This document shows, in pieces, positions 62,735 through 64,000 of a stretch of 64,000 nucleotides of DNA (within the stretch, counting starts at the first letter, position 1; the number at the start of each line of letters is the position of its first letter). This DNA is from Phoronis australis. Taxonomy: Eukaryota > Animalia > Phoronida. The DNA is taken from contig NMRA01000635.1 of NCBI GenBank assembly GCA_002633005.1, positions 85,007 through 149,006 on the forward strand. The letters run 5' to 3'. The position numbers and the translations under genes were made by a program. The notes under the pieces were generated by a model, which was not told the DNA's origin, made no database searches, and worked only from the letters and a program-made list of their open reading frames with translations.

Positions 62735-64000
62735 CTGAAATAAAACCAAAATAATGCGGAAGTTATTTTTAGGGAAATAACAAAACTGAGGGGACAATGT
62801 CTTTGACAAGAATAGTCATTAATTGAGAGACTTTGAATAAGCAGTTAACCATGTAAAACACATTTTTGTTACATACAATTAAGTCAATGCCAAGTCTGAA
62901 GAAATATTAGAACAATCATTTTAAATGTGAATTCAAAGAGAAGAGGTAAGGGTGGGAGGGGAGGATGAAGGGAGATGGAGAGGCACTGAGGGATAGAGCG
63001 TCAGGGAGGGGGGGGGCGAGTTTTACATTTGGCTGAAATGACAACACTGGAAACAAAACTAATTCCCACATTTCATAATAAGAAAGCCTATGCTTTTTGC
63101 AACAAAATTACATAATCGGAACATAACGTTTGAGTTAATTTTACTTGAATTAAGTTGCTATCCCAGGAATAATCTTTAGTGATTTACATGACTTAAACCT
63201 CCAATTTGTACAGAGGAGAGCAACGACAAACAAAGGGTCTGAAGAAGACTGACACTCGTTTTAATTCTATACCTTTTATTTTACTAGAAGATCGTGCTTG
63301 ATTGACCCATGAGGTCAGGCCAGTGATGATGTAAGTTGTTTACAATATAGCATACTTAGGTGGGTAGATTTCCTAAACCCCACTCAAAATCCTGGGACAC
63401 CCTCGCATATTCCCCAGTGGTGAAATATACTTCATTTACAAGAAACACAATCAAATGTAGCTTTTGTCTCAAATCTGCCACTACCACATAGTTCTTGGGA
63501 GAGTACATTGTTTGAGTGATGTGGTGAATCTACAGTGAGTGATAGGGCTTTAATTGTCTCTTACATGGGTCACAAGGGTACTGAATTTTGAGAACCAATT
63601 TGATGCCCCTAATTCTGTGGAGAAAACTGGTTTTCAAAACTAGTGACCCCTGTAAGTGAGAGTAGTAATAACAAGAGCATGCTAAGTAATGTTCTGCACC
63701 CATGACCACAGCTGCCAACAGCTGTCAAATTCCATGAAAATCTGACAAGGACCAAGATACAGAATAACTAAAAAATAAAATGAGAATGCTCGGAGGGGCG
63801 ACACTTGGCGAAATTGACTGAAAAGAAATTGATGATGACAATTTATTATTTATTTATTATTGCGATATTTAAAATGAGGGTGGCACTGCTTTCCAAGACG
63901 ATGATGAAGATGGTAGCGAAGATGAACATGGTGATAACAATCATATGATGAATGAAGATGTCAGAAATCAGTAAGAAATATAAGGTGAATATTATATATA

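Overview
AT-rich eukaryotic (invertebrate-like; organism not determinable) genomic DNA with two large assembly gaps (23454-23950, 43361-44071). Almost the whole window is one minus-strand multi-exon gene. I reconstructed 19 GT-AG exons by hand (62734 down to 1384; 4132 nt, about 1377 aa, all in compatible phase, 6 missed by the ORF track). They encode an extracellular mosaic: F-type lectin (FTP), kringle, FTP, an uncharacterised two-exon module, about 8 fibronectin-III repeats and a membrane-proximal-like segment. This suggests a large receptor (RPTP-like), but its N-terminus and any TM/cytoplasmic part were not found in the window. The introns are packed with often nested transposons: two Kolobok families reduced to THAP+KolX stubs, four Helentron-type HINEs full of CTCF-like motifs, a mariner, a CR1/L2-type LINE, a Tx1/L1 relic, a Penelope relic with a tRNA-like head and hammerhead-like motif, a solo LTR, P-like and Academ-like TIR elements and several MITEs. 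Tandem repeats that duplicate real splice sites also occur. All calls come from manual reading; no database searches were run.
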